From positions 96,001 through 160,000 of the forward strand of contig CAWHAA010000005.1 in assembly GCA_963827275.1 (NCBI GenBank): 64,000 bases of DNA. The letters are read 5' to 3'. Numbering within the stretch: position 1 is the first letter of the stretch; each line of letters starts with the position of its first letter. The notes beneath the pieces were generated by a model. The model saw nothing but the letters and a program-made list of their open reading frames with translations. It was not told the DNA's origin and made no database searches. This document shows, piece by piece, positions 43,329-52,375 of the stretch. This DNA is from an uncultured Spirochaetota bacterium. GTDB lineage: Bacteria; Spirochaetota; UBA4802; UBA5550. A program made the translations under genes and the position numbers.

Positions 43329-43357
43329 AATATACACAATATTCCACGCGATGTCAA
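43329..43357 (-). promoter_or_regulatory. Sigma70-like internal promoter for dnaJ
   Basis: TTGACA-17 bp-TATATT on the minus strand in the dnaK-dnaJ gap. Confidence 0.6.
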
Positions 43358-43378
43358 TGTCGCGGACAGAGCCCTGCC

Positions 43379-45328
43379 TTACTTCTTATCATCATCAACA
43401 ACTTCATAATCGGCGTCGTACACCTTCTCGCCGCCGCTGCCGGAATTCTGTTGCTGCTGCTGATCGGCCCCCGCATCCGCTCCCTTGTCGGGCCCGGGCT
43501 GTTGCTGCTGCTGACCGGCGGCCTGCGCGTGCTGCTGGTACATCCGCTCCGCGAACTTGTGGGACGCCTGTTCCAGCCTGCCCTTCGCCTCCTTGATGGC
43601 GCCGACGTTGTCGGTCTCCATCGCCTGTTTCAGCGCGGCGATCTCGGCCTCGATTTTCTCCTTTTCACCCGGCTCGACCTTGTCCGCGTTCTCCTTCATC
43701 AGCTTTTCCATGGAGTAGATGAACGAGTCGGCCTCGTTCCGGGCGTCGATAAGCTCGCGGGCCTTCTTGTCCTCGGAGGAATGCTCTTCCGCGTCCCTGA
43801 CCATCTTCTTGATCTCGTCCTCGTTCAGGCCGCTCGAAGACTCTATCCGTATCTTCTGCTCCTTGCCGGTGCCGAGGTCCTTGGCGGACACGTGCACGAT
43901 GCCGTTCGCGTCGATGTCGAAGGTCACCTCGATCTGGGGAACGCCGCGCGGCGCGGGCGGCAGGCCCACCAGGTCGAACTTGCCGAGGGTCCTGTTCTGC
44001 GCCGCCAGCTCCCGCTCGCCCTGGAGGACATGGATGGAAACCGCCGGCTGGCTGTCCGACGCGGTGGAGAATATCTGGCTCTTCTTGGTGGGGATGGTGG
44101 TGTTCCGCTCGATGAGCTTGGTCATCACGCCCCCCAGCGTTTCGATGCCCAGGGAGAGCGGCGTCACGTCGAGCAGGAGCACGTCATGCACGTCGCCGGT
44201 GAGGACGCCGCCCTGGATCGCCGCGCCGACCGCGACGACCTCGTCCGGGTTCACGCCCTTGTGCGGCTCCTTGGCGAAGATGCGCTTTACCAGGTCCTGC
44301 ACCGCCGGCATCCGGGTGGAGCCGCCGACCAGGATGACCTCGTCGATGTCGCCGGCCGTCAGCCCGGCGTCCTCGAGGGCGCTCTTGCACGGGCCCTTGG
44401 TCGATTCGATCAGGTCCTCGATGAGCTGTTCGAGCTTCGCCCGCGTCAGGTTCATCACCAGGTGCTTGGCGCCCGACTGGTCCGCGGTCAGGAAGGGAAT
44501 GTTGATCTCCGTCTGGCTCTTGCTGGAGAGCTCTATCTTCGCCTTTTCGGCCGCTTCCTTCAGGCGCTGGAGCGCCATCTTGTCGCCGGTCACGTCGATG
44601 CCGGTCTGCTTCTTGAACTCGAGCATCAGCCATTCCATGATCCGCTGGTCGAAATCATCGCCGCCCAGGTGCGTGTTTCCGTTGGTGGACTTGACTTCAA
44701 ACACGCCGTCCCCCAGCTCAAGGATGGAGACGTCGAACGTGCCGCCGCCCAGGTCATAGACCGCGATCTTCTCGTTCTTCTTCGCCTTGTCGAGGCCGTA
44801 GGCAAGCGCCGCGGCCGTGGGCTCGTTGATGATCCGCTCCACCTCGAGGCCGGCGATCCTGCCGGCGTCCTTGGTGGCCTGGCGCTGTGCGTCGTTGAAA
44901 TAGGCGGGGACGGTGATGACCGCGCGCGTGACCTTCTCGCCGAGGTAGTCCTCGGCGGTCTGCTTCATCTTCTGGAGTATCCGCGCCGACACTTCCTGGG
45001 GCGAGAATTCCCCGGCGATGGTCTTTACCCGGACCCCGTCGCGCCCGTCGTCAACGATGGTGTAGGAGACCATCCTCATCTCGTTGCCCACCTCGTTGAA
45101 GCGCCGTCCCATGAACCGCTTGATGGAGCGTATCGTGTTCTCCGGGTTGGTGATGATCTGGTTCTTCGCCACCTGCCCCACAAGGCGCTCGCCCTTGTCG
45201 GTAAAAGCGACGATGGAGGGCGTGGTGCGCTGCCCCTCCGAGTTCTGGATTACCACCGGCTCACCGCCCACCATGACGGATACGCAGGAGTTGGTGGTCC
45301 CCAGGTCGATTCCTATTATCTTACTCAT
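43379..45328 (-). CDS. dnaK: Chaperone DnaK
   Basis: [17 protein letters not shown] and NPDEVVA motifs. Confidence 0.99.
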   Translation of the reverse strand: MSKIIGIDLGTTNSCVSVMVGGEPVVIQNSEGQRTTPSIVAFTDKGERLVGQVAKNQIITNPENTIRSIKRFMGRRFNEVGNEMRMVSYTIVDDGRDGVRVKTIAGEFSPQEVSARILQKMKQTAEDYLGEKVTRAVITVPAYFNDAQRQATKDAGRIAGLEVERIINEPTAAALAYGLDKAKKNEKIAVYDLGGGTFDVSILELGDGVFEVKSTNGNTHLGGDDFDQRIMEWLMLEFKKQTGIDVTGDKMALQRLKEAAEKAKIELSSKSQTEINIPFLTADQSGAKHLVMNLTRAKLEQLIEDLIESTKGPCKSALEDAGLTAGDIDEVILVGGSTRMPAVQDLVKRIFAKEPHKGVNPDEVVAVGAAIQGGVLTGDVHDVLLLDVTPLSLGIETLGGVMTKLIERNTTIPTKKSQIFSTASDSQPAVSIHVLQGERELAAQNRTLGKFDLVGLPPAPRGVPQIEVTFDIDANGIVHVSAKDLGTGKEQKIRIESSSGLNEDEIKKMVRDAEEHSSEDKKARELIDARNEADSFIYSMEKLMKENADKVEPGEKEKIEAEIAALKQAMETDNVGAIKEAKGRLEQASHKFAERMYQQHAQAAGQQQQQPGPDKGADAGADQQQQQNSGSGGEKVYDADYEVVDDDKK

Positions 45329-45387
45329 TGAAATGCTCCTTGATTAAAATTTATATATCATGGGCCGCCACACCGGCCCCACTAACG

Positions 45388-46134
45388 TCAATGGACGCTG
45401 TCGTCCTCCCCGCCCTGGTCCCCGGCCCCGTCCGCGGCCGGCCCGGCGGGAGCGCCTGCCTTCTTTGCCTTGGTCACCCTGACCTTGGCGCTCCGCACGA
45501 CCAGGTCATCGATGCGGAACCCCTTCTGGTACACCTTCGACACCGTGTCAACATCGATGTCGCCGTTCATCTCGATCTCCACCGCCTCGTGGAAATTCGG
45601 GTCGAACTCCTGGTTCAGCGCGTCGATCTCCGTGACGCCGTATTTGCCCATGGCCTCTTCAATGCGGTCCGAAATCATCGAAACGCCTTCAACAAACGTA
45701 CCATGGGTGTCGTCGGTGACGCTCTCCTTCGATATGCTCTTCGACGCCTCGATCGCGCGCAAAAGATCGTCATTGATCAGGATGATATCCTGGGCGAAGT
45801 CCCGTACCACCATCTTCCGGTATTCTCCCTGCTGCTTGGCCATGCGCTTCTTGTAGTTCTCGAAATCGGCCTGGCGGCGCAGCATGGTGTCCTTCAGGGT
45901 GTCTATTTCGCCCCTGAGCTTCTGGCATTCCTTGATTGCGCATTCCTTCTCCTCGTCCGCGATCCTGTCGGCTTCCCTGCGGTATGTCTTGCGCCGCTCG
46001 TCAGAGACCCGTTCATCCTTCATCTTCTTTTCGAGGTCCTCATCGGACGAATCGAAATCCTTTTTCAGGGAATGGTCCTTGCCCTCGGCGGAATCCTTTT
46101 CTTTTGCCTTGTGTTCCTTGTGCCTGTCCATCAT
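45388..46134 (-). CDS. grpE: Nucleotide exchange factor GrpE
   Basis: RRQADFENYKKR, FDPNFHEA and QKGF...RSAKV motifs. Confidence 0.96.
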   Translation of the reverse strand: MMDRHKEHKAKEKDSAEGKDHSLKKDFDSSDEDLEKKMKDERVSDERRKTYRREADRIADEEKECAIKECQKLRGEIDTLKDTMLRRQADFENYKKRMAKQQGEYRKMVVRDFAQDIILINDDLLRAIEASKSISKESVTDDTHGTFVEGVSMISDRIEEAMGKYGVTEIDALNQEFDPNFHEAVEIEMNGDIDVDTVSKVYQKGFRIDDLVVRSAKVRVTKAKKAGAPAGPAADGAGDQGGEDDSVH

Positions 46135-46162
46135 ACGCTCCGATACTATAATACGCTGCCGA

Positions 46163-47221
46163 TCACTTCGACATCTTGGTGAGCAATTCAGTTACGATCC
46201 TGCCGGTGTAATCCACCAGCGGGACCACCTTCTCGTAATCCATCCTGGTGGGGCCGATCACGCCGATCGCGCCGACCAGCTTGTTCCCGATTTTATACGG
46301 GGTGGAAACCATGCTGCATCCCCTGACCTTTTCATCATCGATCTCCTGGCCGATCAGGGTCTGTACGCCCTCGTTCTCAAGCGTTTTCTCCAGTATGCGC
46401 CTGATGATGTTCTTCTCCTCGATGATATTGAGGAGGCTGCGCAGGCGTTCGTCCTCGACCATCTCCGGGATCTTCAATAAATTCTCTATGCCCTCGAGGT
46501 GGAGGTTCGGGTCCTCGCTCTCCGAAACGGCGAGCTGGGCGATATCCAGCGCCATCTCCTTGTTCACCACCGATGTCTTCTCGCCCCGCAGCCGGTTGAA
46601 GATGCTGTCCTTGATCTCGTAGATGGCATAGCCGCAGAGCTCCCCGGTGAGATAATTCGAGAAACAGTAGAGGTCGTCCTGCGTCACGCTTGATGAGACC
46701 GTCACCTTCTTGGTGAGCACCACGCCGGTCCGGGTTATGAGGATGAAGAGGATCTCGTTGCTGTCCATCGGGACAAGGACGACGCGCTTCACCACGGTAA
46801 AATCGAACCGCGGCGTGAGCATCACCGCCGCGTAGTGCGATTCATTGGAGAGCATTCTCGAGATGATGGAAAAAATCTTGTCCAGGTGCACTTCCCGCTT
46901 GATCGCTTCTTCCTTCACTGAGATCTCTTTTTCCTTCAGGGACGAATCATACGAGTCGAGAAGCGAATTCACGTAAAACCGGTAGCCCTTGTCAGTCGGG
47001 ATCCTTCCCGCGGACGTGTGGGGCTGCTTCAGGAACTCCATGCTCTCCAGGTCGAACATGATGTTCCTCATGGTCGCCGGAGAAACGGCGAGGGAATACT
47101 TTTGTACAAATGAACGGGAGCCGACGGGCTTTCCCGTGGTAATATAATCATGCACGATGGCCTGCAATAAAGAAGCTTCTCGTTCTTCGAGGGGCCGTTC
47201 TTTTATATTTTCCCGTGTCAT
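46163..47221 (-). CDS. hrcA: Heat-inducible transcription repressor HrcA
   Basis: PVGSR, SPATMRN, PHTSAGRIPTDKGYR and GPTRMDY motifs. Confidence 0.97.
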   Translation of the reverse strand: MTRENIKERPLEEREASLLQAIVHDYITTGKPVGSRSFVQKYSLAVSPATMRNIMFDLESMEFLKQPHTSAGRIPTDKGYRFYVNSLLDSYDSSLKEKEISVKEEAIKREVHLDKIFSIISRMLSNESHYAAVMLTPRFDFTVVKRVVLVPMDSNEILFILITRTGVVLTKKVTVSSSVTQDDLYCFSNYLTGELCGYAIYEIKDSIFNRLRGEKTSVVNKEMALDIAQLAVSESEDPNLHLEGIENLLKIPEMVEDERLRSLLNIIEEKNIIRRILEKTLENEGVQTLIGQEIDDEKVRGCSMVSTPYKIGNKLVGAIGVIGPTRMDYEKVVPLVDYTGRIVTELLTKMSK

Positions 47222-47237
47222 AGAAACGTCCTGTTTA

Positions 47238-47264
47238 TTAGCACTCGGGATAAATGAGTGCTAA
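47238..47264. promoter_or_regulatory. CIRCE operator
   Basis: Perfect TTAGCACTC-N9-GAGTGCTAA upstream of hrcA. Confidence 0.97.
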
Positions 47265-47268
47265 TAGC

Positions 47269-47297
47269 ATGGTAACAAAAAAAATAAGGATAGTCAA
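47269..47297 (-). promoter_or_regulatory. Sigma70 promoter of the hrcA operon
   Basis: TTGACT-17 bp-TACCAT with a TG extension, immediately upstream of CIRCE. Confidence 0.7.
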
Positions 47298-47313
47298 GCC
47301 AAAAAGTAAAAAA

Positions 47314-48150
47314 TTACCTTTTGGAGTCCTTTTCCCTATCCTTATTTTTTTTATCCTTATCCTTGGCTTTATCGTCTGCTTCGAGCGCCATCTTGGCCGC
47401 ATCAATGATATTCTTAAGCTTTGTCGCTTCCGTGTCTTCGCCGAAAAGGACATGTATCTTGCGGAGGGCCGCCAGGTAATTCATCGACTCGGTCAGGTCC
47501 TCCCTGGCCTTACCCGCCATTTCGTACTTGGTGCGGTACTGCTTGGCCGCCTCGGTGAGGCTCTCCTTGCACAGCTGCATCAGCTCCCGCCGGTCATGGA
47601 AAAATTCCGTCCTCGGGTCGCGGAGCTTCGCCACGTCGGAGAAGCTGATAATGTTCCTGGTGATCACCGCCGCGCGCGCCTGCAGCTCCACGAAGGACCA
47701 CTTCCACTTCGAATCCTGCCCGAACTTGTTCTTCAGCTTGACCAGGAGGTTGTGCATCCGCTGGACAAAATTGAGCATCTGGGACGGATTGATGCGGCTG
47801 ACCCGCGCCAGGTATTCGTCATTTTCCTTCAGGGTGCGGTCAATATCGTCCCCTACCACCTCTTCGAGGTGCTGGAGGACAAGGTAAAACTGCTTACGCG
47901 CGTTTTCGAGATAGCTGTTGTTCTTGATCCCCAGCATCTCCACGGAAAGGTCGTTCATTTTCAGGAAGCTGTCGATCGCGTCCATTTCATGGGAGGCGAG
48001 CTCGAAATTATAATAGCCGGCCACTGCGGGGTGCTTTTTCTTTTTTGACATCGCCTCGCCGAGAGACTTCTTGATCTGCTCGACTTCCCTTTTTATGTCC
48101 TTTATTTCATCGTTATACGCGGCTTTTTCGGCTTTGCTCAGTGTTCCCAT
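47314..48150 (-). CDS. Conserved-looking helical hypothetical protein
   Basis: 278-aa ORF with host-like codon usage; SKWKWSFVELQAR motif. Confidence 0.8.
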   Translation of the reverse strand: MGTLSKAEKAAYNDEIKDIKREVEQIKKSLGEAMSKKKKHPAVAGYYNFELASHEMDAIDSFLKMNDLSVEMLGIKNNSYLENARKQFYLVLQHLEEVVGDDIDRTLKENDEYLARVSRINPSQMLNFVQRMHNLLVKLKNKFGQDSKWKWSFVELQARAAVITRNIISFSDVAKLRDPRTEFFHDRRELMQLCKESLTEAAKQYRTKYEMAGKAREDLTESMNYLAALRKIHVLFGEDTEATKLKNIIDAAKMALEADDKAKDKDKKNKDREKDSKR

Positions 48151-48159
48151 TGTACCATC

Positions 48160-48330
48160 CTATGCATAGGTATCGATGCGCGTCCCGGTATTATTTTCGG
48201 AAGATTCGGGCATACTATTAACAGGGGGCGCTTCCGGCTGCGCCGGCTGCACCGGTTCCTCCTGCCTCGGCGGCTGGGTAGAAAAGCCGGCCGGAACGAC
48301 ATCAGGTCCGCTGATATTGGTAATTTCCAT
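48160..48330 (-). CDS. Small Pro/Glu-rich protein (56 aa, not in the ORF track)
   Basis: AAGGAGGA RBS; MEITNISGPD...GTRIDTYA-stop. Confidence 0.7.
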   Translation of the reverse strand: MEITNISGPDVVPAGFSTQPPRQEEPVQPAQPEAPPVNSMPESSENNTGTRIDTYA

Positions 48331-48630
48331 AATGTCCTCCTTATTTATTATGGATTTTGACCGATCAAGGCCTTTCTATATATAATATAAATTTTGAGGA
48401 GATTATTTTCAAGTAAAAAACATTATGAAAAAACGCCCCGCCCGACAGGAGGCTTTCTAGAGCCCTCCGGAGGGGGTATGCTGCTTGAATTCTCTCAATA
48501 AATCCCGAAAAATACTTGCCATTCAGGCAAACTGTTGTTGTACTATTCTGCGGACAGGCATTCTGAGCGCATTTTCAATACTTTTTCTCAATTTCAGCGA
48601 GGCGCACGACCCTTTGACAGGCGCAGGGTG

Positions 48631-48728
48631 AAGTTTCAAACTTCCGTCCAGCGCTTTTTGTGCCGGAGGGGGGATAACTTGAGAGGGAGCAGCTTCATAT
48701 TAAACGCCTTGTGCCACCTCGGCCGAAT
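48631..48728. repeat. Repeat copy A (diverged, right end eroded)
   Basis: TTCAAACTTCCGTCCAGCGCTTTTTGTGCCGGAGGGGG...GAGAGGGAGCAGCTT...TTGTGCCACC aligns with copies B and C. Confidence 0.85.
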
Positions 48729-48788
48729 ACAAGGAGGGGCACTATCCACCAAGCAGATTTTCATCACATGCATACCAGGAGGCCCTTC

Positions 48789-49463
48789 GTGACACGAAAC
48801 CTTATGGCGGTAATTATCATCGCATCATCAGCCCTGGCGTTCCTATCCTGCAAGCAATTCATGCCGGGCAGGAACACCGACGGCGAGATAAAATTCATGG
48901 TGGGCAGCGTCACCATGAACGGGAAACCGGCGGCGCCGGGGGACACGGTCCGCTTCGGAGATGTCATAGAAACCGGCGATCAGTCCTCGTGTGAAATAAT
49001 CATCGCCGGAAAGAACCTGATGGTCCTGGTCCCGAACACCAAGCTCCTGTACCGGGTCACGACCCGCGAAAGCAACCTCGAGCTTTCGAGAGGCGCCCTC
49101 GGGGCCATAATCCGGAATAAAGACGCCACCGGCGACCTGTACATCAAGACATCCACGGTCACGGCATCGGTCCGCGGGACCATATTTTACATCGCGGTGG
49201 AAAATCCCGACAGGACCTACACCTGCACCTGCAACGGCAGGATACATTTCAAGCCGGAAACCGCCGGAGGAATTTTATCCCGGCAGGCGCCCGGGGCCGA
49301 AGATACGCTGGTAGAGGCAAGCCACCATGAGGCGTATTATTACATCAGGGAAAAAGGCTCGATCAAAATCGAAAAGGCCGGCCTCAAGTACCATAGCGAC
49401 GAGGCCATGAACAAGGAAGCGGCCGTGATAGGGGAAACAGTCGACTGGACGAAAATCGAGTAG
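48789..49463 (+). CDS. FecR-domain lipoprotein
   Basis: CAGGAGG RBS, FLSC lipobox, GDVIETG and TASVRGTIF motifs. Confidence 0.85.
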   Translation: MTRNLMAVIIIASSALAFLSCKQFMPGRNTDGEIKFMVGSVTMNGKPAAPGDTVRFGDVIETGDQSSCEIIIAGKNLMVLVPNTKLLYRVTTRESNLELSRGALGAIIRNKDATGDLYIKTSTVTASVRGTIFYIAVENPDRTYTCTCNGRIHFKPETAGGILSRQAPGAEDTLVEASHHEAYYYIREKGSIKIEKAGLKYHSDEAMNKEAAVIGETVDWTKIE

Positions 49464-49659
49464 GCCGAGATACAAGACCCCGGCCCGCACTATCCGGCAC
49501 ATGTTCCCGGCCAGACGCCCCATGCTGTCCGCGCCGTATTAATCAAAGACCGTTCCGAAGATGTTCCGCAGATCCCCTCCCCGCGCAAAACCCACATGAC
49601 ATGGACCGGCATCCCAATCTTGCTGAAAATGGGCCCTGTTCCCCCGGCAATAGGGCGCA

Positions 49660-50655
49660 TTATAATCCAGATTTTGCCAGACGGAAGCCTATCGCAGTGG
49701 ACTCAATATCAGGGTTGGAATATCCGATACGGCCCAACTCAATGCTCTGATAGGTGCTTCCCCAACTGCCTCCCCGCGACACGCGCTGCGATGATGATGA
49801 TGACAAGTCAAAGCAAAATTCTGAAACATTGCCGTTCATGTCATAAATCCCCAGGGCATTGGGGGCCAACTCTTTAACGTTATGCGTTGATGATCCGCTA
49901 TTTGCATCGTACCACGCCACCGCCTCATTCGCCACCTCGTTGCCAACATTGGCAATTGCGCCGCTCGCATACATGCCGGGACAATACTCCCCCGGATCAT
50001 ATATGTCGCCGTCATTGTTCGCGTCATTGATGTATCTGGCCGCGAGCTCCCACTCCGCAGAGGTGAGCAGACGGAACCCGGTAGCGGAAAGGTCCTGGAC
50101 GGACGTGTCGCATTGCCCGCCGTTGGAATCGCGCGCGTCCCTTATAGGGACGTTCCCGGCGCGGTATGCGCAGGTATAGTGTGTTCCATACTCATCATTG
50201 TGCCACTCGGTCAGGGCATTGCACCAGACCATGCAGGTCCGCCAGTTTATACTGGTTACCGGTTCAGTAGTCAGCGCCGAATCGTCCAGCCCACCGTTAT
50301 GGCCTTCTATGCCCAGCGTGGCGAAAAAGTATGGATCGGTTATCCTGGACGAGGCCCATGAACGCACATAGCGCCAGACCGCATAGGTAACCTCAGTCTC
50401 GCCGATCCAGAAACCGTGCGATACTTCTACCAAATCATAATCATCCAGCCCGTCCCCGTATCTCTTGGGTGGCACATAGATCATCATGATATTCCCGCTT
50501 TTAATATTATACCCGATTTTATCACCGGCTTCCGGGCCGGCACCACCGGAAACAGGTAATAAAGTTATTTTCTCAGTGTCATCGCATCCGGACGCAACGA
50601 TTACGGAAAATAAAACCACAAGGAATGCTTTTCTTGTTTTTGTATTTACATTCAT
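49660..50655 (-). CDS. FGE-sulfatase (SUMF1/C-type lectin fold) lipoprotein
   Basis: ASGC lipobox; ETEVT, FRLLTSAEWE, PNALGIYDMNGNVSE and RGGSW...GFRL motifs. Confidence 0.9.
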   Translation of the reverse strand: MNVNTKTRKAFLVVLFSVIVASGCDDTEKITLLPVSGGAGPEAGDKIGYNIKSGNIMMIYVPPKRYGDGLDDYDLVEVSHGFWIGETEVTYAVWRYVRSWASSRITDPYFFATLGIEGHNGGLDDSALTTEPVTSINWRTCMVWCNALTEWHNDEYGTHYTCAYRAGNVPIRDARDSNGGQCDTSVQDLSATGFRLLTSAEWELAARYINDANNDGDIYDPGEYCPGMYASGAIANVGNEVANEAVAWYDANSGSSTHNVKELAPNALGIYDMNGNVSEFCFDLSSSSSQRVSRGGSWGSTYQSIELGRIGYSNPDIESTAIGFRLAKSGL

Positions 50656-51196
50656 ATCCTCCTCCTCCAGAAATCCAATAGTATGGCGCCGCGCCGCCGC
50701 CCGTCAGTTGTCGTTGCGGTACACCGCGCCGTCCCCCATGATAAATAGTGTGTGGTTTGACGGTACTACAGGCAACGATGATATTCAAGCTTTTTTTAAT
50801 TATGGCTTCTTGTTGCCCGTTTCAACACAAAGCGCCGGACAGGGGTCTCGATATTTCGTATATGCAGGAGAAGAAGCATGCGCCACACGACAAATCGCGC
50901 AATACTTCGGCTGGCTTAGGAAAATTTTTATTGAAATACATTAACTAAATGACAACACAACGACATACACTGTCAGGTTCCCCTTAAGATTATTATTACT
51001 TTCATGAATAACCAGAAAAAATCATACACCATAATTCCTGAATAATATCCCTATGACAACTCGTCCGAAAGTCATGGCCCGGTTCATAAGACCGGGCCAT
51101 TTGCATGGTGATAGTTTCTTAATTTATAAACAGCCATTTTCAAGCCCCTCTGCCCGGCGCTTCAGGGGGCGAAGGGTGCGAAGCCCCCTGCAAAGA

Positions 51197-51323
51197 AAAT
51201 TTCAAGCCTCTGTCCAGCGCTTTTTTGTGCCGGAAGGGGCATAATGCGAGAGGGAGCAGCTTTATATAAAATGCTTTGTGTCACCCGGGCTTGAACTGAA
51301 CAGGTTGCTTTTTCCTATATAAT
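51197..51323. repeat. Repeat copy B (127 bp)
   Basis: Gapless alignment to 52244-52370; internal inverted ends TTCAAGCC (51201) and GGCTTGAA (51288). Confidence 0.92.
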
Positions 51324-51327
51324 CAAT

Positions 51328-52203
51328 TTATGACTGCGCCAGCATGGTTATCAGCTCTTCACATCCGCCCTTTTTCATGAATTCCGAATGTTCGTCTATC
51401 GTGGCAAAGCGGCGTCCCGTTATTTTATGACAGACCATTTCATTGCCGGTTTCATTGAGGAATTTTTTCAGCATTTCTTTGGCGTAGGGATTATTGTATG
51501 CGGACTTACCCGGATTTTTTCTGCTCCAGTCGAGACTTTTCATCCATACGGCGGCACCCAGGGCGCCGCAACCATGGCCCCCCAGTCCAAGGCCTCCGGC
51601 AAAACCGGCGACCATTACCATTTCCGCATCATCGGCCCCCATTTTTCTGGCCACCTCTGAAGCGCAGCTTATCGGCGTTTGAGAATAATTCTGATTTTCG
51701 GATAATCCTTCATCTGCCGCCCGCATCGCCTCCGGGGCCCATTGTTCAGCGAGATCCAGGCAGTATCTATCAATATGAAGTATGAATTTAACCATGAATT
51801 TCATCATATCAAGTTTGTTTGTTAAATCATAACCGCTTACGTCCCGGCAATTGACGCTCCCTGCCGTTTTTGAAAAGGACTCCGCGAGGCGCCGGCTTGC
51901 TGTTACGGCCGCCGCGATGGCCAGGTCGCGGTCATGGTGCTTGCGAAATGATTCAGCCCCTGCGGCCAGCGCCGATCCCCAGAGCATTCCGCACTGATGC
52001 CCCCGCTGCATTATTCCGCCCGCCAGGGGGTCCGCGGCCCGTTCCCCGGTCTCCGAGGAACAGCCGAATCCGCTGTTCAGCAGGTAGCAGAAGGTTCGGG
52101 AGCAGGTTCCCAGCTTCAAAAATACTTTTTTAACGTCTTGATTAATGGTTTCCACTGGCAACTCCCTTGTTGTTTTCTTTGTATCATTCACCTGTTTTCT
52201 CAA
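51328..52203 (-). CDS. C-GCAxxG-C-C family protein with two tandem domains
   Basis: TCS...LAGG...QCGMLWG...NCR...C and SCA...FAGG...GCGALGA...VCH...GC. Confidence 0.85.
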   Translation of the reverse strand: MRKQVNDTKKTTRELPVETINQDVKKVFLKLGTCSRTFCYLLNSGFGCSSETGERAADPLAGGIMQRGHQCGMLWGSALAAGAESFRKHHDRDLAIAAAVTASRRLAESFSKTAGSVNCRDVSGYDLTNKLDMMKFMVKFILHIDRYCLDLAEQWAPEAMRAADEGLSENQNYSQTPISCASEVARKMGADDAEMVMVAGFAGGLGLGGHGCGALGAAVWMKSLDWSRKNPGKSAYNNPYAKEMLKKFLNETGNEMVCHKITGRRFATIDEHSEFMKKGGCEELITMLAQS

Positions 52204-52243
52204 GAAATAGCATCTTCTGAAGCTCTAAGTATTGAGGCCTGTT

Positions 52244-52370
52244 AAATTTCAAGCCTCTGTCCAGCGCTTTTTTGTGCCGGAGGGGGCTTCACTTGAGAGG
52301 TGGCAGTTGCAGATAAAACGCATTGTGTCACCTGGGCTTGAACTGAACAGGTAGCTTTTTCCTATTTAAT
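52244..52370. repeat. Repeat copy C (127 bp)
   Basis: 17 mismatches versus copy B by manual count; inverted ends at 52248 and 52335. Confidence 0.92.
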
Positions 52371-52375
52371 AATAC

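Noticed and set aside
43451..45331. 626-aa plus-strand ORF antisense to dnaK, and similar long antisense ORFs over nrfA, tyrS, radical SAM and HDAC
   Set aside because: These are the expected shadow ORFs of GC-rich codon usage, with no recognisable motifs.
48357..48368. TTGACCGATCAA as a third FNR-type box
   Set aside because: Half-site spacing is 2 nt rather than 4.
49660..49800. FGE/CLec C-terminus as a diversity-generating retroelement variable region
   Set aside because: No reverse transcriptase and no template repeat in the window, and the codons after GGSW are not consistently NNY. A remote DGR cannot be excluded without a genome search.
48631..52370. 127-bp repeats as a CRISPR array or classical integron
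   Set aside because: The repeats are too long and separated by whole genes; there is no cas or intI gene and no clear attC core sites.
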